Assembly: GCF_000150275.1 (NCBI RefSeq)
Contig: NW_002060948.1
Coordinates: forward strand, 5,006,336-5,070,335
Source of the DNA: Trichoplax adhaerens
Taxonomy: Eukaryota; Animalia; Placozoa
Reading direction: 5' to 3'
Length of the DNA: 64,000 bases
Within the stretch, counting starts at the first letter, position 1; the number at the start of each line of letters is the position of its first letter. Shown here in pieces: positions 39,359 to 53,800 of the stretch. A program made the translations under genes and the position numbers. The notes below the pieces were generated by a model. It had not been told where the DNA came from. It ran no database searches and worked only from the letters and a program-made list of their open reading frames with translations.

Positions 39359-41129
39359 TTTCCCCAAAGTATAACTAGTCGACCCCGCGCAGGTTCGTTA
39401 TAATTGGCGTGCTATACTTGATTACTTTCCACTTTACATGCATTTAGACTGTACACTGTCGCACTTATGGTAGCATAATATTATTTGCATATGACTTGAA
39501 TATGCAGAATTATAGTCGACCACTAGGAAAAAGACCGGTAGTTGGTCCATAGCGAGAGAAGGCAATGCCTACAAATTTTGTTACCCTGGACTACTCCACT
39601 TCAATTTGAACTCAATCTATCTCTTAAAGTTCTAACACCTTTTAAGCTAACAAAAACCCAAACTGAAATTTCCCCAAAGTATAACTAGTCGATCCCGCGC
39701 GGGTTCGTTATAATTGGCGTGCTAAACTTGATTACTTTCCACTTTACATGCATTTAGACTGTACACTGTCGTACTTATAGTAGCATAATATTATTTGCGT
39801 ATGACTTGAATATGTAGAATTATAATCGGCCACTACTGAGCATATTATTTACACATGACTTTATTATTGAAAACTATAATAGACTGATAGAAGAAGAACG
39901 GTAGTGGTCCATGCCTTGAGATTGCAACGCTTAATAACTTTGTTACCGAGACTACTTAACTAATTTTGACTCCAATTGTACGCGTCGATCTCTTTAAGTC
40001 CCGGCACCTCGTAACTGACAAACAACTCAAACCAAAATTTCCCCTAAATTCCGGCGCCTCTTCCTTCAAAAAATGAATCGTAATTTCTCTCTCCGTGAAC
40101 AGTAACACAGTCACCAATCATAAGCAAAACGGTTTAATGTCATACTATTGTAATTAAACGCTAGCGAGCGCTATATTCTAGACTTGTATATGAATTAATT
40201 ATTATATTACATTATTAATTGTATACCCCACTCGCCGCACTTTACGTAAGCATAGTCTTTATTCAATGAGTACTTTACGCGTATGGGTATATTGCTAAAA
40301 TCATTCCATTGGATAGCATTAAAGCAGTCGATAAGTTTAATTTTTCACAATCAGCATATGTAACTTGATCTCATTGCGCTAAAGCATGGCTAAAATTGTT
40401 CACCCTTATGATTCCTGCACTAGTTTATTCGGTAATGCCCTCTCTGTCTGAATAACTACGAACACATTGAACCTGCTAATGGCGTTTCTTCGGGTTCCTT
40501 CCGTCGTTCTCAACCTATCTTAATAATGGTACTACTTGTAACGAGATCAAGAATCTGAGACTTTGAGCTTTCCTTTCCTTTAGTCTACTTTATTTGGAAG
40601 CCCATGCCAAGCGCGATATCATACATACGTTAACGAGACATCAGAACTGTGACAACAAATCAGCTCTAGTACCAACATAACTTTAATACCATATCCTAAT
40701 GCACGTGAACATTTGTAGCATGTGATCTTAATCTAGTGCAGTAAATAAGGTGTAGACAAGCCGTAAATAGTATTGCACGATATTTAGGATTCCCTACGTT
40801 CTATGGCGCGTACACTACAAGCTAGCAAGCAGTAGTTTACAGGACAGGCGATGTTACCACACTACTATTTTATCGTAACGTAGCATTGGTCAACTGTTAC
40901 TAACTAAGGTAAAGCAGTTCCTTAAACTTACGACTGAAACTGCTTCTCCAATACTCTGATAGCATATTCCCTCTGTCTTCTTAACTAATCCCTGATTAGA
41001 TAATTATTATCTACGAGCTTATTTATCCAGCTAATGAAGTTGCCCCTCTCGCTTCTCAACTCATACCGTAGAAGTATTGAACTGTTCCAAAAGTAATGAC
41101 GACTGATACTACATCTCTAATTGCATATT

Positions 41130-41149
41130 TTCTCTCTCTCTCTCTCTCT
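41130..41149. repeat. (TC)n microsatellite
   Basis: tctctctctc tctctctct run. Confidence 0.9.
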
Positions 41150-44100
41150 TCTTGACTAGTCCTTGATATTTAGAACATCAATGTCAACGTAGAGTACCGT
41201 AATACTAATGACAGTAACGGTGTTTCAAAAGTCTCGCAAAATAAAAGTTTTATTTTTCTCAGTAAATATATTTTGCGGTTTATGATAAATTTCATCTTTA
41301 CCCTGGTAAAATGGAAATAAATATCTAACATAAATAACGATTAGGCGGTAAAAAGTTAGGGATTCTTACGGTAGTATTCGAAAGTGTTGTTATATCTGGG
41401 TCCACGCGTACGTAGAGCGGGCCACTTATACTAATTACTAACGTTGATTGGTATTAATCAAAAGGGAATAAGGCTGCAACTGAATTCGCTGCATGCTCGC
41501 TTATTGTCGAGTTTCCACTAGAATGCTATTATACATCACCACAATCCCTTGCCATAAGGGTAAGAGAAAATTATTTCCTCTTAATATAGTATCTGGTCTT
41601 ACACAGAAATAAACACGAGTATTTTACAAGTGACATGGCCTACTACTGTATATGAGTACAGTGCATAAATGCATGTATGTGTATATGGTGCTAGAAATGT
41701 CAATGCTTAACGGTAAGTACTGAATTGTCGCTACTACAATACTAGAGTGGAAAATATAGGGCTATGGTATGAAAGCAACAAGTGCGGATATAAGCGTACA
41801 TGTCCAGCAAAGCTTCTCTGGTATCGTACTTATAAATAAAGATGGCTTACAAAGTTGAGTAAGGTATGAAATAATCCACTAAACTAATCATAGTAGAGAT
41901 AAATACTGCTGAAAAACATAAAACTAATCCTAAAGTAGCTAGTAGAAAGTACATATCCAACTGTAATAAAGTGTTGCAAACTTTTTTATCTGATTTAATC
42001 TGATCTCAATGATTAAATTCTCACAAAGTAATCGATTCAGTCAAGATGAAATTAAAAAAGAAAAGCTTGTATGACAATGTATTAGAATAGTAGAGCGATA
42101 ATAAGCTACTAGCAAGATCCTAAAGTGAAGTATCCTAAGCTCAAAGTAAAGCTCTTATCGGCAGTTCTTAAATATATTTACTTCAATCTATTTACACCTA
42201 TCGTACGAACACTCGTTCATAGGCTAAAGATACCATTGCTTTCTGTTAATGTTCAACACTTTATAAACTGTTGGCCATCTCATAATTACGGTACATCGAT
42301 TCGCATAGACCTTGTACCATACGTCTTTAGTCAAGTGACTATACTTAGTAGTCAATATCTAATATTGGTAATCAGCAATATTCTAATATTAGAAATCCAA
42401 CTACGAGTATATCCAATATAGCTATCAGCTGAATTAAATAGAGAGTGCATTACTACACCAGAACAACTAAAGACGCTGCTATTGACATCTTTAAAATTGA
42501 ATAATAAAGTAACTCGTACGCGTATAAATCGATCTCTTGAAAAAATGATCACCCATTGAGCCATTCCATTCCATATATCCATATATACAATTGTATTTTA
42601 CTTTATTAGACAAATAACCAGGTTATTGTCTGTAAATAATAATATGAATGCTTTCAGGCAAGGCGTTAATACTTCTAGATCAATCGAATACTGCATATAG
42701 TGATGTTATGAAGAAAAGAAAAAGCACGAGAGTAAAACATCGAAAAATGTCACGCATTCGCTAGCTGCATATCTATGCATTACCTAGGACAGGCTAGAAT
42801 AGAGAAAGATTATTATTAGAATAGAAATCGATATCGCTTCATCAGAGACTGCCTAGGATTAGTAGCCCATGCCTGGACTAACTACTCAAACATTCATATT
42901 TATTCGACAGAATTCGGTTTACCTTCTTGCCAAGCAATGTTATTTATAATCTATTCAGCTTGCCACTTGTTGCAATACTTCTGTACCTACCGTATGGTAG
43001 CTTATGATCCAGTTTTGCAATACTACAATTAACCAACAAGGCATTCAAGGGTTACAAAATATATCACAACACCAATCTATTAGTAAGGTAGTTGTAGAAA
43101 TGTACCACTGAATTATGTAAAATCGCAATTTTTACTTAACACGATAAATAATTCTTATGCCGCTAGTGCAACTCCATGGGACTCTTTTATCATGTTAACG
43201 ACGAGAACTGCTACTGACTGTGATAATGGAAATTTCAACACGTGCCCTAACTTAACTAATCTACCATTCATAATTAAATTTTTACGCTCATAGTTCAAAG
43301 AAAATATTACTACAAGTAGCCAGAAGACAAGCTACCGCATCTACCCGTTGACTAACATGCGAATACATGTTGAGTGTATGGCAGATCCATTCAACTCGAA
43401 ATTAATGTTGGTGATCGAAACTCAGTTGACGACAAATTCTAGCTATAATGATTATTTTTCTTTATTGCGAATACAAATGGATGGATAAATCAACGGTTAT
43501 AACAGCATTGAAGATATCAGAAATATCCTACACATTAAAACGAATAGTAAGTAGAATGTCTATATAAGATGACTGTAGTATAACATAACACAATATAAGA
43601 ATAACATAATGGTGAGAGCTACCGTGATCATAAACGCAAAAGATATAGTATATCAACCGGTCTAACAAAATACAACAGGCATTTTGATCGGATATAAGTA
43701 CAAGTTAGGATAATACAATATTTTGTAGTTATGCCAATGCCCTCCATGCTGTGTCGGGTCAACAGATGCTATGATGTGGACATGAATTGAGATATTGTAG
43801 AAGTATTTCTAGCTTCTACTGTGTAAGAATCTATCAAAGAAGCTGTGGTTTTGAAAGGAGAAATAAAACGTGCTACCAACAATTCTTCAATTCTAAAGTC
43901 GCATTCATCACTTCAAATTACATTAATAAATAGTTTCAATCTTTATTATAAAAATCCCATAACAATCAAGCAATATTGGCGGAATGATTTATGTTTAGCG
44001 ATAATGCCGATGGAGTAGATCGACTATGTAATATTGAACGTTATATTAGTAATTGTTACAAGTTGAATAAGAAATTAAAATTACATATTGGTTTAGGTGA

Positions 44101-44270
44101 ACTATGTAACCTTATTCAAAAATAAAGAGATAAAATATTTTAAGGAACTATATTTCGCTATGCTACGTCAGTCAATGACAATAGATGGTTATAAGTAAAT
44201 GGGCTGATGGTTTTAAAGAGGAATAATTGAAGTTCCACTAAATTTGAAATCATGAATTAACTCATTTTCC

Positions 44271-47200
44271 TTATAAACTAACAGTAGTAGTATCCTGATG
44301 CTTTATAGAATCCACATTATTTTTTTGTCCTATTTCAGTTTCGTGGTCGGATACTAATTTGCCATTGGTATAGCTAGTTTCTGTAGGTAGCGGACCGTTG
44401 CATAATAAATGCTTCCAACATTGACGAGCCACACGATTAAAGAGGACGTAGAAGAAAAAGATAAATACACCTTGCAATGAAGATAATGTTGTAAAAATAA
44501 CTGAGAAGACCATTTGTGTAGTTCCCGTAGTATGAATGGCCACAATTGAAAATAGCCATGGCAAACCCAATGTAAATATTAAACCGGCGGATGGAATAAC
44601 AATGCGATATAAATGGAATTGACGATCTTGATTGCTCATATTGATCAACTTAAATGTAATGATTACAAAAAAGATGCAATTAACACCCAAAAGACCCACC
44701 ATAGGATAGACAAAAGTCGCATCGGCCCAAACGCGCTTCATCCAACAACTATGGAAAATAAAAAAATAGGAAATAATATTAATTCTACATGTAGATAACC
44801 AATTTATTTGAACTAAGGTAATGTAATCGAGATAATATGGAACTAAATAAGCATTAATCATTAAAAAGTCGTATCAATCGATAGAACTAATTTTTTCCTC
44901 GCCATTGCTAGAATAAAGAATAGCAAATCTGTTGTAAAACTTACTATCCGGACGCATTGGATCCATAAATTGATCCTGACGTGTTATTAATTAAGCAAAT
45001 AATAACCACAAGAGCCGGAATACCTGGAATGTGATACAATATTCATACTTAATATTAATTTTATTATATCACCATAGTTCAAGATAGCTATTCCATTATC
45101 GTCGATATGAGTGGGAGTCGATTATGGAATATCATAAAGTTTACTATTCGCCTTAGTTAAAAGCTAATGCCTAGTCAAATTTTAATATCCATAGAACTAA
45201 CCATAGCCACATGATGTACATATAATATTAGTGACGTAGGAATTCCACCATTTCTTGAACAAGATCAATTCGAAGCATAAGTACAGACCCACTAATAACA
45301 TCAAGATGACAGCAGACATCAGAAAGAAGTGTAAAAATACGGCTACTGCGGTACAAGTTTTGGGATAAATGATTGCAGCTACTACAAAGAAATTGCCGAA
45401 ATAGTAGATTGCCAAACTTGAACATAAATAGATTAAGATCTGATAGCACTGATTTCTTCTCATTGGCCTAAAATACAAAAGTGGAATTGTAAGATAATAT
45501 CATGCGAGGCAAAAAATAGCAGATTTTAGAACACTCAACATCACTCTATTCGATGATTACAGAAGGTAGTTATAATTATACGTGAAGATTGACGGGAAAA
45601 TAGACTATTGATAGTATATCTAACTTACCTATTGCTAGAACATGCGTACTACTTTAGAAAAAGAATTTAAAATAATAAATCTAATTCATTCATAAAGAAA
45701 ATATCCATCCTTTCACTTTGCAACTAAGAACTACTTCAAGTTGAAATTACTAAAGGTAAAATTCATGCGCTAATATTCTTTCTTAACTGATACAAAGAAA
45801 CTATAACGGCTGAATTGTTATTATAAATAAGAATTGAAATTAGGTAGGAATGCTATATAATACAGACTATCTTACTTGAAGAATGCTATGGTAAATATGG
45901 TTATTATTAGGCAACCCAAAGAGAAACCACCGCCAATACTGGATACATAGCGCATTGCTACTCTTACTTGTTCAGCAGAAGCTCCACTGTCTGGACTGTT
46001 AGTATAAATGCTTGTGCTATTACTATTGTTAAGATTAGGTTCTCGAGTAACAGGAGGCACAGTTTGTGGTGCAATAATAACTTCCTAGCGAATTACAAAG
46101 TTATCAACAGCTTATTAAAATATCGTCGGCATAGCTATCAATTGCAAGCTCAACAGATACTTCTATCCATCGTATGCTATTAATTCAACACTTTTATAAT
46201 ACAGTAATTAAGAATAATATCTATCATGACTTGCATCGTATAAATTTCAATTTCAAATAATTACATACCAATTCCAATTTTAATTGACATTTAGCCACAT
46301 AAAGCATGAGAGGACCCATAAAACCTTTACTCATTGATGCATTCCAGTATTCAGCTATGGCAATTCGCTTAAATCCATTGACATAAGCTGAAAAGCTGAG
46401 AATAGATGAAACTTGAGTAACGGACCTATTGAAGCGTGAAACCAGTTACAATGTAAAGAAAAAATAACATGATTAGCAAAATAATTTAAATCTGATATGA
46501 TAAAAATATTAAAATACTCTAAGGCCTTCATATCGCATCAATATATACTATTCACTGTAGTCAGTATTATTAAACTGCCATTGAGTACACTGCTAAAGGC
46601 ACCTATTTCATCTAATATACACGTAATCACACATTGATCTTATACGAGATTATAAGCATGACTATATGTGTAATAAAAAATAGAATGATATCAAAAGAAT
46701 GGATATAGTCGCGAATATATAGTTCTGCATCTAAGACAGATATTAAGGAGATGAACTATTCTAATGTAAATGAATGGCTGCAAGAGCTGCATTTAATGTA
46801 GTGTATTAAGAACGATCTAATTCAACAATTTATATTGATTATACGGTAAATTACATTCAAAAATTGGATTTCGTGATATTTACGTGCAATTTTGGGTCGT
46901 TCCATTTTCAAATTCATTGGGAATATTAATGCAATAGCTTGTAGGTCTAGAAATGGAAAAATACAATTTACCAAAATTATCTCAAATCATCCGTTAGCTT
47001 TATCCAGTATATCATAATTCTTATGGATCCGGTATAAATACAGCACAGAAATTAAAAGTAATGCAGAAAATGTTAAATATAAATTCGTGTTTTTGATATT
47101 TATCACTATACCGTGCTCTGCCAATTCGAGAAACCGTATAATTTCCTGTCAATCCTAAATATAGGGTTTCGACCTATTTTATGGTTTAAAAAATAGACAT

Positions 47201-47861
47201 AGGTGCATTAATCATCGATACTACTCTTTCTTTGCGATATTAACCTTCAATTTTAGACTATCAGTAATTTATTAGTATTCGGTAATCTCCATAGATAAAA
47301 GTATCGAAAACATTACAAAACTTAGTTTAAATCATTCATTACGCCAAGTTTCATATCATTAAAATGTAAATTCGAAAATTGTTAATATAAATCCATATTA
47401 CGCTATATTTTAATCATAAGCTGACGCTCTATAGCCACTGCAATTTAATATTACGCACAGTATAAATAATTATCAAGAATCATAATTTCTTGTCCACTTC
47501 ATTTTAATTATTTATAAATTTTGGTAAATCACAGTAGCTGCACACAGTACTATGTGATTAGTGGAGTAAAACTCTTGACTATCAGTAGAAGTTGGTATCT
47601 TGCCGAGTAATGATAGCTAAAGAAAACCTTCAAACAATTTGATCTTCGTTATATGTAAAAATGGCTCGATTGGACTACTGCGATTTAAAATAGGATACTT
47701 ACAGAATATTTTATTTCGTTGGCTAATGCCTTATAGGTCGGGCCACTTCTGTCAGTATAAGAAGACAGAAAGGGACGATTTTTCATCGCCAGAGTGAAAA
47801 TGGAATTGCCCTTTTTGATTTCTTCAGTTTCTGCCCAAGCGCTAGCAACAACTAAAATCAT
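44271..47861 (-). CDS. Adhesion/secretin-like (family 2) 7TM receptor with SEA-like ectodomain; proposed exons 47861-47703, 47257-47245, 47154-47112, 46946-46884, 46425-46269, 46084-45876, 45467-45202, 45023-44945, 44748-44271
   Basis: 7TM part has adhesion-GPCR-like motifs (YVSSIGGGFSLGCLIITI, ILIYLCSSL, CTAVAVFLHFFLMS, GYGIPALVV, YCW, LGLPWLF, FTTLSSLQGVFIFFFY). N-terminal PFLSSYTDRSGPTYKALANEI resembles a SEA domain start. All proposed junctions are GT-AG and phase-compatible; the true start and the 13-nt exon are uncertain. Confidence 0.78.
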
Positions 47862-50800
47862 AGCAATTATAAAACAATCCAAACAGATAAGTAAATTACA
47901 TCATCCAAGATCACATAGAAGTTATTATTATACAGTAATATTTATTAATGAGATATGCAATATTACATTGCCTTATAAGCTAGACAATTTATCATAAAAC
48001 TTAGCATTGATTTACCCGGCATTAAACAAGATTACGTATATTAATTTTCTAATTTAACATTTATCTCTTTCATTTCTTTAAAATTAAAGAATTTAGCTTT
48101 AACATACTGCAGAAAAAGACCAAAATTCCTTTTGCTAGTATAGCTTTCATATTTGAAATTTCGCTTTTCAAGTTATTCTAAAGAAATAAGCCACAAAGAA
48201 ACGTTACATTGGATAGAAAATCATGTGCCAATTATTTCATAACTCTATAATAGCATAAACATTAAGATTAAACCCTAGGCTTAAACCATCATAAGAAAAT
48301 CAAGAAATAATTTTCGAAGTAAACGAAAACTATATTTAAGTTTATGGTATGTGGAGTTTTGCACCTAAGATAATTAATTATATAATGTAGTTGAATACCG
48401 TCCTAAATGTCAATTCATTCTAGGGTTGTATCAAAATTTCAATGGTATAGGTAAGTATAAGCAACGAAAAGTTAATTAATTAATATTGTTTATCATGCTT
48501 TTGTCGCAATTAAAATAAGGTAGATAGTCTAGCAGACATTAGCATTCATCTTATTTTAGCATCTATTATTAAGCTAACCCTGGTCAAATAATTTCACTTG
48601 CAATGCGGACTACAATAAATTTAAATTTATTACAAAATGAGTAATGGGACGCTAAAGACCTTATACCGCTCTAGCAAAATAAGTTATTAAAATTGATTGA
48701 TATAAAGTCACGCAAGTGATTATTTCTAACGCTAGATTAGCGAATTAACTCTAGAAATAACTAATGTTGTTAGAGATTCATCATTCGCTACCTTGATAAT
48801 ATCATTTTATTTTCAATTACTAAGTTCTTTAATTATCATCTAGTATCATCTGATAAGATATATCTAAGATGAATAAAAAAATTGGTCTGATTCCATCTCG
48901 CTCTATTTTAACAATCGACTCAGTACGAATGTCGTATTATAATGTCAACAGTTTAGCAAAAAATCGATAAATAATAAAGATGGCACTTGAACAAATAAAA
49001 GAGTCTATAAAAACGATGGTATGACCAAAAATGCGCAAATAAATACGAAAATACCAAACCCGCCTCGAAAACTGGTCGTATTACGATACAAAATATATCA
49101 ATATATATTAAATTGAACCTATGGCCTGAAGAAATAGGAGCGTTACTATAGGGCATGAATGCTCTAGGCCAGAGGCTTCGAAGAGGAATTTTATCTTATA
49201 ATTGTCTGATTAGGCAATCATGAATAGACTTCATGTTTAACAATGAGGGAAGGGAATTAAAAAAAGTAAAAAAATACATGGTCAATTGCATTGTGCTGTT
49301 GCCAGACTTACAACAGATGTTGAATTAGTTGAGGAGGATGAAAAATAGCAGGTAAACTAATATCAAATTAGATGGCTAGCGTTGCAGAGTAAGACTGTCC
49401 AGTTAAGGTCAAATGTTCAAGAGATGGTAAAATTCTGAATGGAGCTCTAAACTATCCTCTTACTGACTCGAAAATACCGTTATTAGCGCCTCTTAGCAAA
49501 GCTAATAGCACTACTCAAATACGTAAATAACTTTCTTACGCGTAGTTTGTCTAAATAAGTATGAAAGCAGTTAAGAATGTTTACCGTAAGAAAAATACAT
49601 TAAATCGGTAGCAGTTATTTCTCTCCAGCTGTTCTATTGATGTTTATTGATTATTTTGATGTCATTGAGCTGTAAAATCCTGACTAGAAAAATTTGATTC
49701 CCATACAGTGCTAATTTAATAGAATAGAATAGGGTAATAGCAAAAGACATCAGATATTAACTAGCTATCACCAATGAAGAAAAATAGAGTGGGACTGATG
49801 ACTAAGTCATTCAAAATTTGAAATAGCTATCGTCATCATGATATCCTGCTGAAGCAATAAAAATCTATGAGACAATATTAAAAGGACCTACTCTAGAGTT
49901 TGAAGTATCAACAAACTATGTAAATGGAATAAATTATCTACTCTATCAGTTAACAACAATAAAAATAGTCATTCTCTTATATGGATTATAATAAAGAATT
50001 GGCCATATTGCCAGACAGATCAGTTGGTTGTCTAGACATTGTGATGCAAAGTAGCTATTAATACTATTATCGTTGATGGCTTTACTTTTATATTATCATA
50101 ACACAGTCATAAATATTGCAAACTATTGTCAACTTAGATAGAATAATAGATTGGATCCATTGGCAACCATGATGAACTACAGTCTATCAGCTTAAAATAC
50201 TGTTCATCCCCAATAAATTTCCAAGGCTAGAAAATATTAATCTCGATTACACAAAGTTAAATAACGTAAAAATAAAATTTTGCATACAAATCTACGTAAT
50301 AGTTCAATGTAGTAGGAGTTTATTTTTATAGTCTCCTATATTTAAAATTAAGCTATCACTAAAGGCGCGTTCGTGATCAATCTCTTATCGAATTAAGTAA
50401 ATGATTAGATGTTAATATGTTAACACTAAATAATCGAAGAATTAATATTTTCATGTCGATCGCACTGCTAGCCTATAATATCTCATCAGACTATGCAATG
50501 ACATTATAACTCAATACATGCTACGAAATACTAGAAAACTCAACACAAGTTATAAGTTAACCGCATAAAATGTAGCTGCAATGCTATTTGATTGATATTT
50601 CTACTTAGTAATTAAGGGAGAGTATCATCTTTGCCCTTGCTATCATGACACTGTAAACGTCTGAGATCAAATCAATATGCTACATCATTAATCCATCCAA
50701 TTTGATGTTAATTAAATGCATTAAAAGTTTGCTTTGAACATATCACGTAATAAACCGGCTAGGTAATACAATAGGAGATAGGAGAGCAAGGCACTTCTGC

Positions 50801-53800
50801 TATAGACAGATGAAATTGCAAAGGGATCAGCTAAAGAAGAAAGGCAATTAGCTTTTAGCAGTAATTGCTAGTTATGATATCACATTTTGTGCATTGTTTT
50901 ATATTAAGATGAGTTCAAGGTGGAGCTCACTAATTGGAATTATCTAAAGGAAATAATTAATACTTATAATAGAACAGTTACTTAGAAATTTCATCTACCA
51001 TATGAAGTAATTATTATTTCTTTTTTCGTTATGGTCAATCATCAATGGACCAAAATGAATTGAACAGTGTCGATTATATGTCATTAATATTATGGAATAG
51101 ATGCTATAAGCTGGTTAGTCAGTCTTACTAGAATATTTTTTGACTACTTTTAATGGATATACTTCGATATCCAGCCGTGAACATATTTGACATGGCATCA
51201 ATAGTCACGGCTACCTGTTGATTCGATCACGCAATTCGACGGTCTTTAACACCGATTTCATGCAGTACTACAAATAAAAGTATCTACTACTGCAGCTTGC
51301 CTTATTCCACTGCTCTTTACTTGGTATTATATCACGTCAATTATAATTGCTAGGCGATAGAACTGTACATAATAAATCTTATGCAAAAAAAATTAGCAAG
51401 TATCATTGTAATCGTGAATATACAATATTATTCAACTCCAATGTGTATCTTTCGTCTTTTGAAGATACTATTCTCGATTATAACTCTTAGTTCGCCTATG
51501 AGATGCTAAGTATTCATTCAGTTACAGCTTTTTTTATAATGGCAGAGATATGAAACGTTATCTATGTGACGTAGATTTCTGTTTTATTTTAAATAATTCC
51601 TATAGAAAATTGATCTATTTCACTTTCTGACGGTTGCAATAATGTTACTAAAAGCAATGGTAATTTTATTTCCGAAGGATAGGATATAATTAGCTAAAAC
51701 GATCTAATAGAGTCCGTAATTTATAAATTTTTATAATGCAATTGACTGGCGATGATCATGTTGATCGTTTTTGTAAATAATTTAATACAGAAGTTTATTT
51801 CACAAATCAACTTGATGATTACCTGTTGCACTTGTAATTAACGATGTCTTTAATGACGATAACGTTTCTAAAATTGGTCAAAGATTCAGTTCAAGCTCGA
51901 TACAAACCCTAATTCAATTGTAGAAAAGAAATACCTTTAAGTTCATGTAGTAGCGACATTAAAAATTGAATAGACAAAAAAATTTATGGGTGTGAGGAAG
52001 TCGACATTTCAATATCATTAGCATTAATTAAGAGCGGTAGACTAGTTACCTGTTGAAATAATGGATGCAGTATGCCAATAGGGATATCAACGTTCTTCAC
52101 AATAAATCACTTCCGAGATAGGTCTCAAAATGCGGCAGTGGATAGAATTATGAAGGTAGAAAATTAATTCCAAGGTATCTAGTTAGGGAGTATCGTTGGA
52201 TAATATCAATCGAAAGATAATAAACCAGTTGCAAGAGAGCAGGTTAATGGTGCAGTATTATGATTTATTTGTACTTTATAGCCTTGTTTCAACTTGAACA
52301 TTGGATTATTTTTCCAACAATTAATTTCAATGTTATGATCCCTCATAATCAAGGACATAAATTCACGTCATTGGCAATAAAAGCAGGCATTGTTTATGTC
52401 GTCAGGTATGCAATATCAATAAAATATGCATATAAATAATGACTTAAAAGTTGTTATCATAATATCGTTTACTATGTACTATTCAAACCGACATTATTGA
52501 ATCAATCCATTCTATTTCAAAAGAAAACAAATAGCTTATAATACAAGGTCGTTTACACTTATGTCATCAATATTTTCATCAACCTTCAAGCATGTTATGA
52601 TGATTTATTTTGATCCAATCGATTTGATATTGTTATTTTATGGCCGTTACTCGCTGGTACCATTCCATGATGACATTAGAAAGTAAGTATCAATATGTCG
52701 TAGAAGAAGTAAAAAACTGGTCATCACCTACTCGATATCATAGATAAATGGGACTAATCGAATCGATAAGATAGATTCAATTAATTCTTGAACTTCCTTT
52801 TTTCCTTACTCGTATCTTTTCTATCCTAACTTTATTCAATTTTAATGCACAGATTTTATTTTAATTTTTATGAGTTACTTTTCTGTCTCTAATTTTATTC
52901 CTCGGATATAGATTGAAAAGGAAATGACCCTGATAGAAAGAGCCGGCATGATGACTAAAAATTTCCATCAAGTCCTAATTATCCAATTCTCTCTCTCTCT
53001 CGCTGCAGGCAACTCGTGATTCTCTTTCATGGCCCAGTTATAACAGTTTTGATAGCACTATGCTGTGTTCTACCAACTACATTGTAATCTAGCAGTAAAA
53101 TTGAAAAAATGATACAAAACAATAAAAATCCAATAGATATTCCTTTATTTTAAATCGGCAGGCTATCCTTCTATCGTCAGCATCTTAATTGACATTCGCT
53201 ATTGACTTTACCATTCCACGCAATTAACTAGCACATAGAAAATCGACGGCATGGGCTAGACCACTTACTGTATAATTAATAATAGGCAAAATAGGTTTAA
53301 TTGCCTTCTTATGGATCATGGCGGGTTAGAATCACGTGTATACATTAAGATACGTCATTTTAAATAGGATCCAATTAATAAAGAAAGAGGAATAAAAGGT
53401 TATGCTATTGTTAAGATGAATTGGATTTTAGGTCAACAGGCTTCATTGGGGAAGTTAGATGCTAGATCCTGATTCAATATTTATCCCAAGATATGATCAG
53501 ATTTCAATTCTTTGATAGTTGAGATTTGTATGTTATATACGAATCTGAGTTCTAACATTTATCTATACACGTATAAATGAACAAAAATAGCGGATGAGCG
53601 GAACTGTGTTGTTTTAGATAGGTCTACTCTACATGCAATAAGCCAGAGTACAAACCACCAGCTTCGATAAAACATCAAATCAAGATGATGTATATCCATT
53701 ATGGATAGACTCTTTTGAATAGCGTTCATATCTAGTACAAGGATTCAATGTAGAAATTCGACGCTAGATGCATATTTATTCCAAGATATAATTCGATTTA

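Larger units (their letters stand above)
38570..40030. repeat. Composite tandem array (~310-320 bp period) upstream of USP5: constant segment X alternating with cassette A or B
   Basis: X (tttccccaaag...ttgttaccct) starts at 38718, 39038, 39359, 39669; cassette A at 38636-38717, 39588-39668 and a diverged copy near 39950-40017; cassette B at 38947-39037 and 39268-39358. Confidence 0.92.

Noticed and set aside
38570-40030. CRISPR-like repeat/spacer array (also considered for 26791-27558 and 56895-57560)
   Set aside because: Constant parts are too long, variable parts are repeated rather than unique, no cas genes, eukaryotic context.
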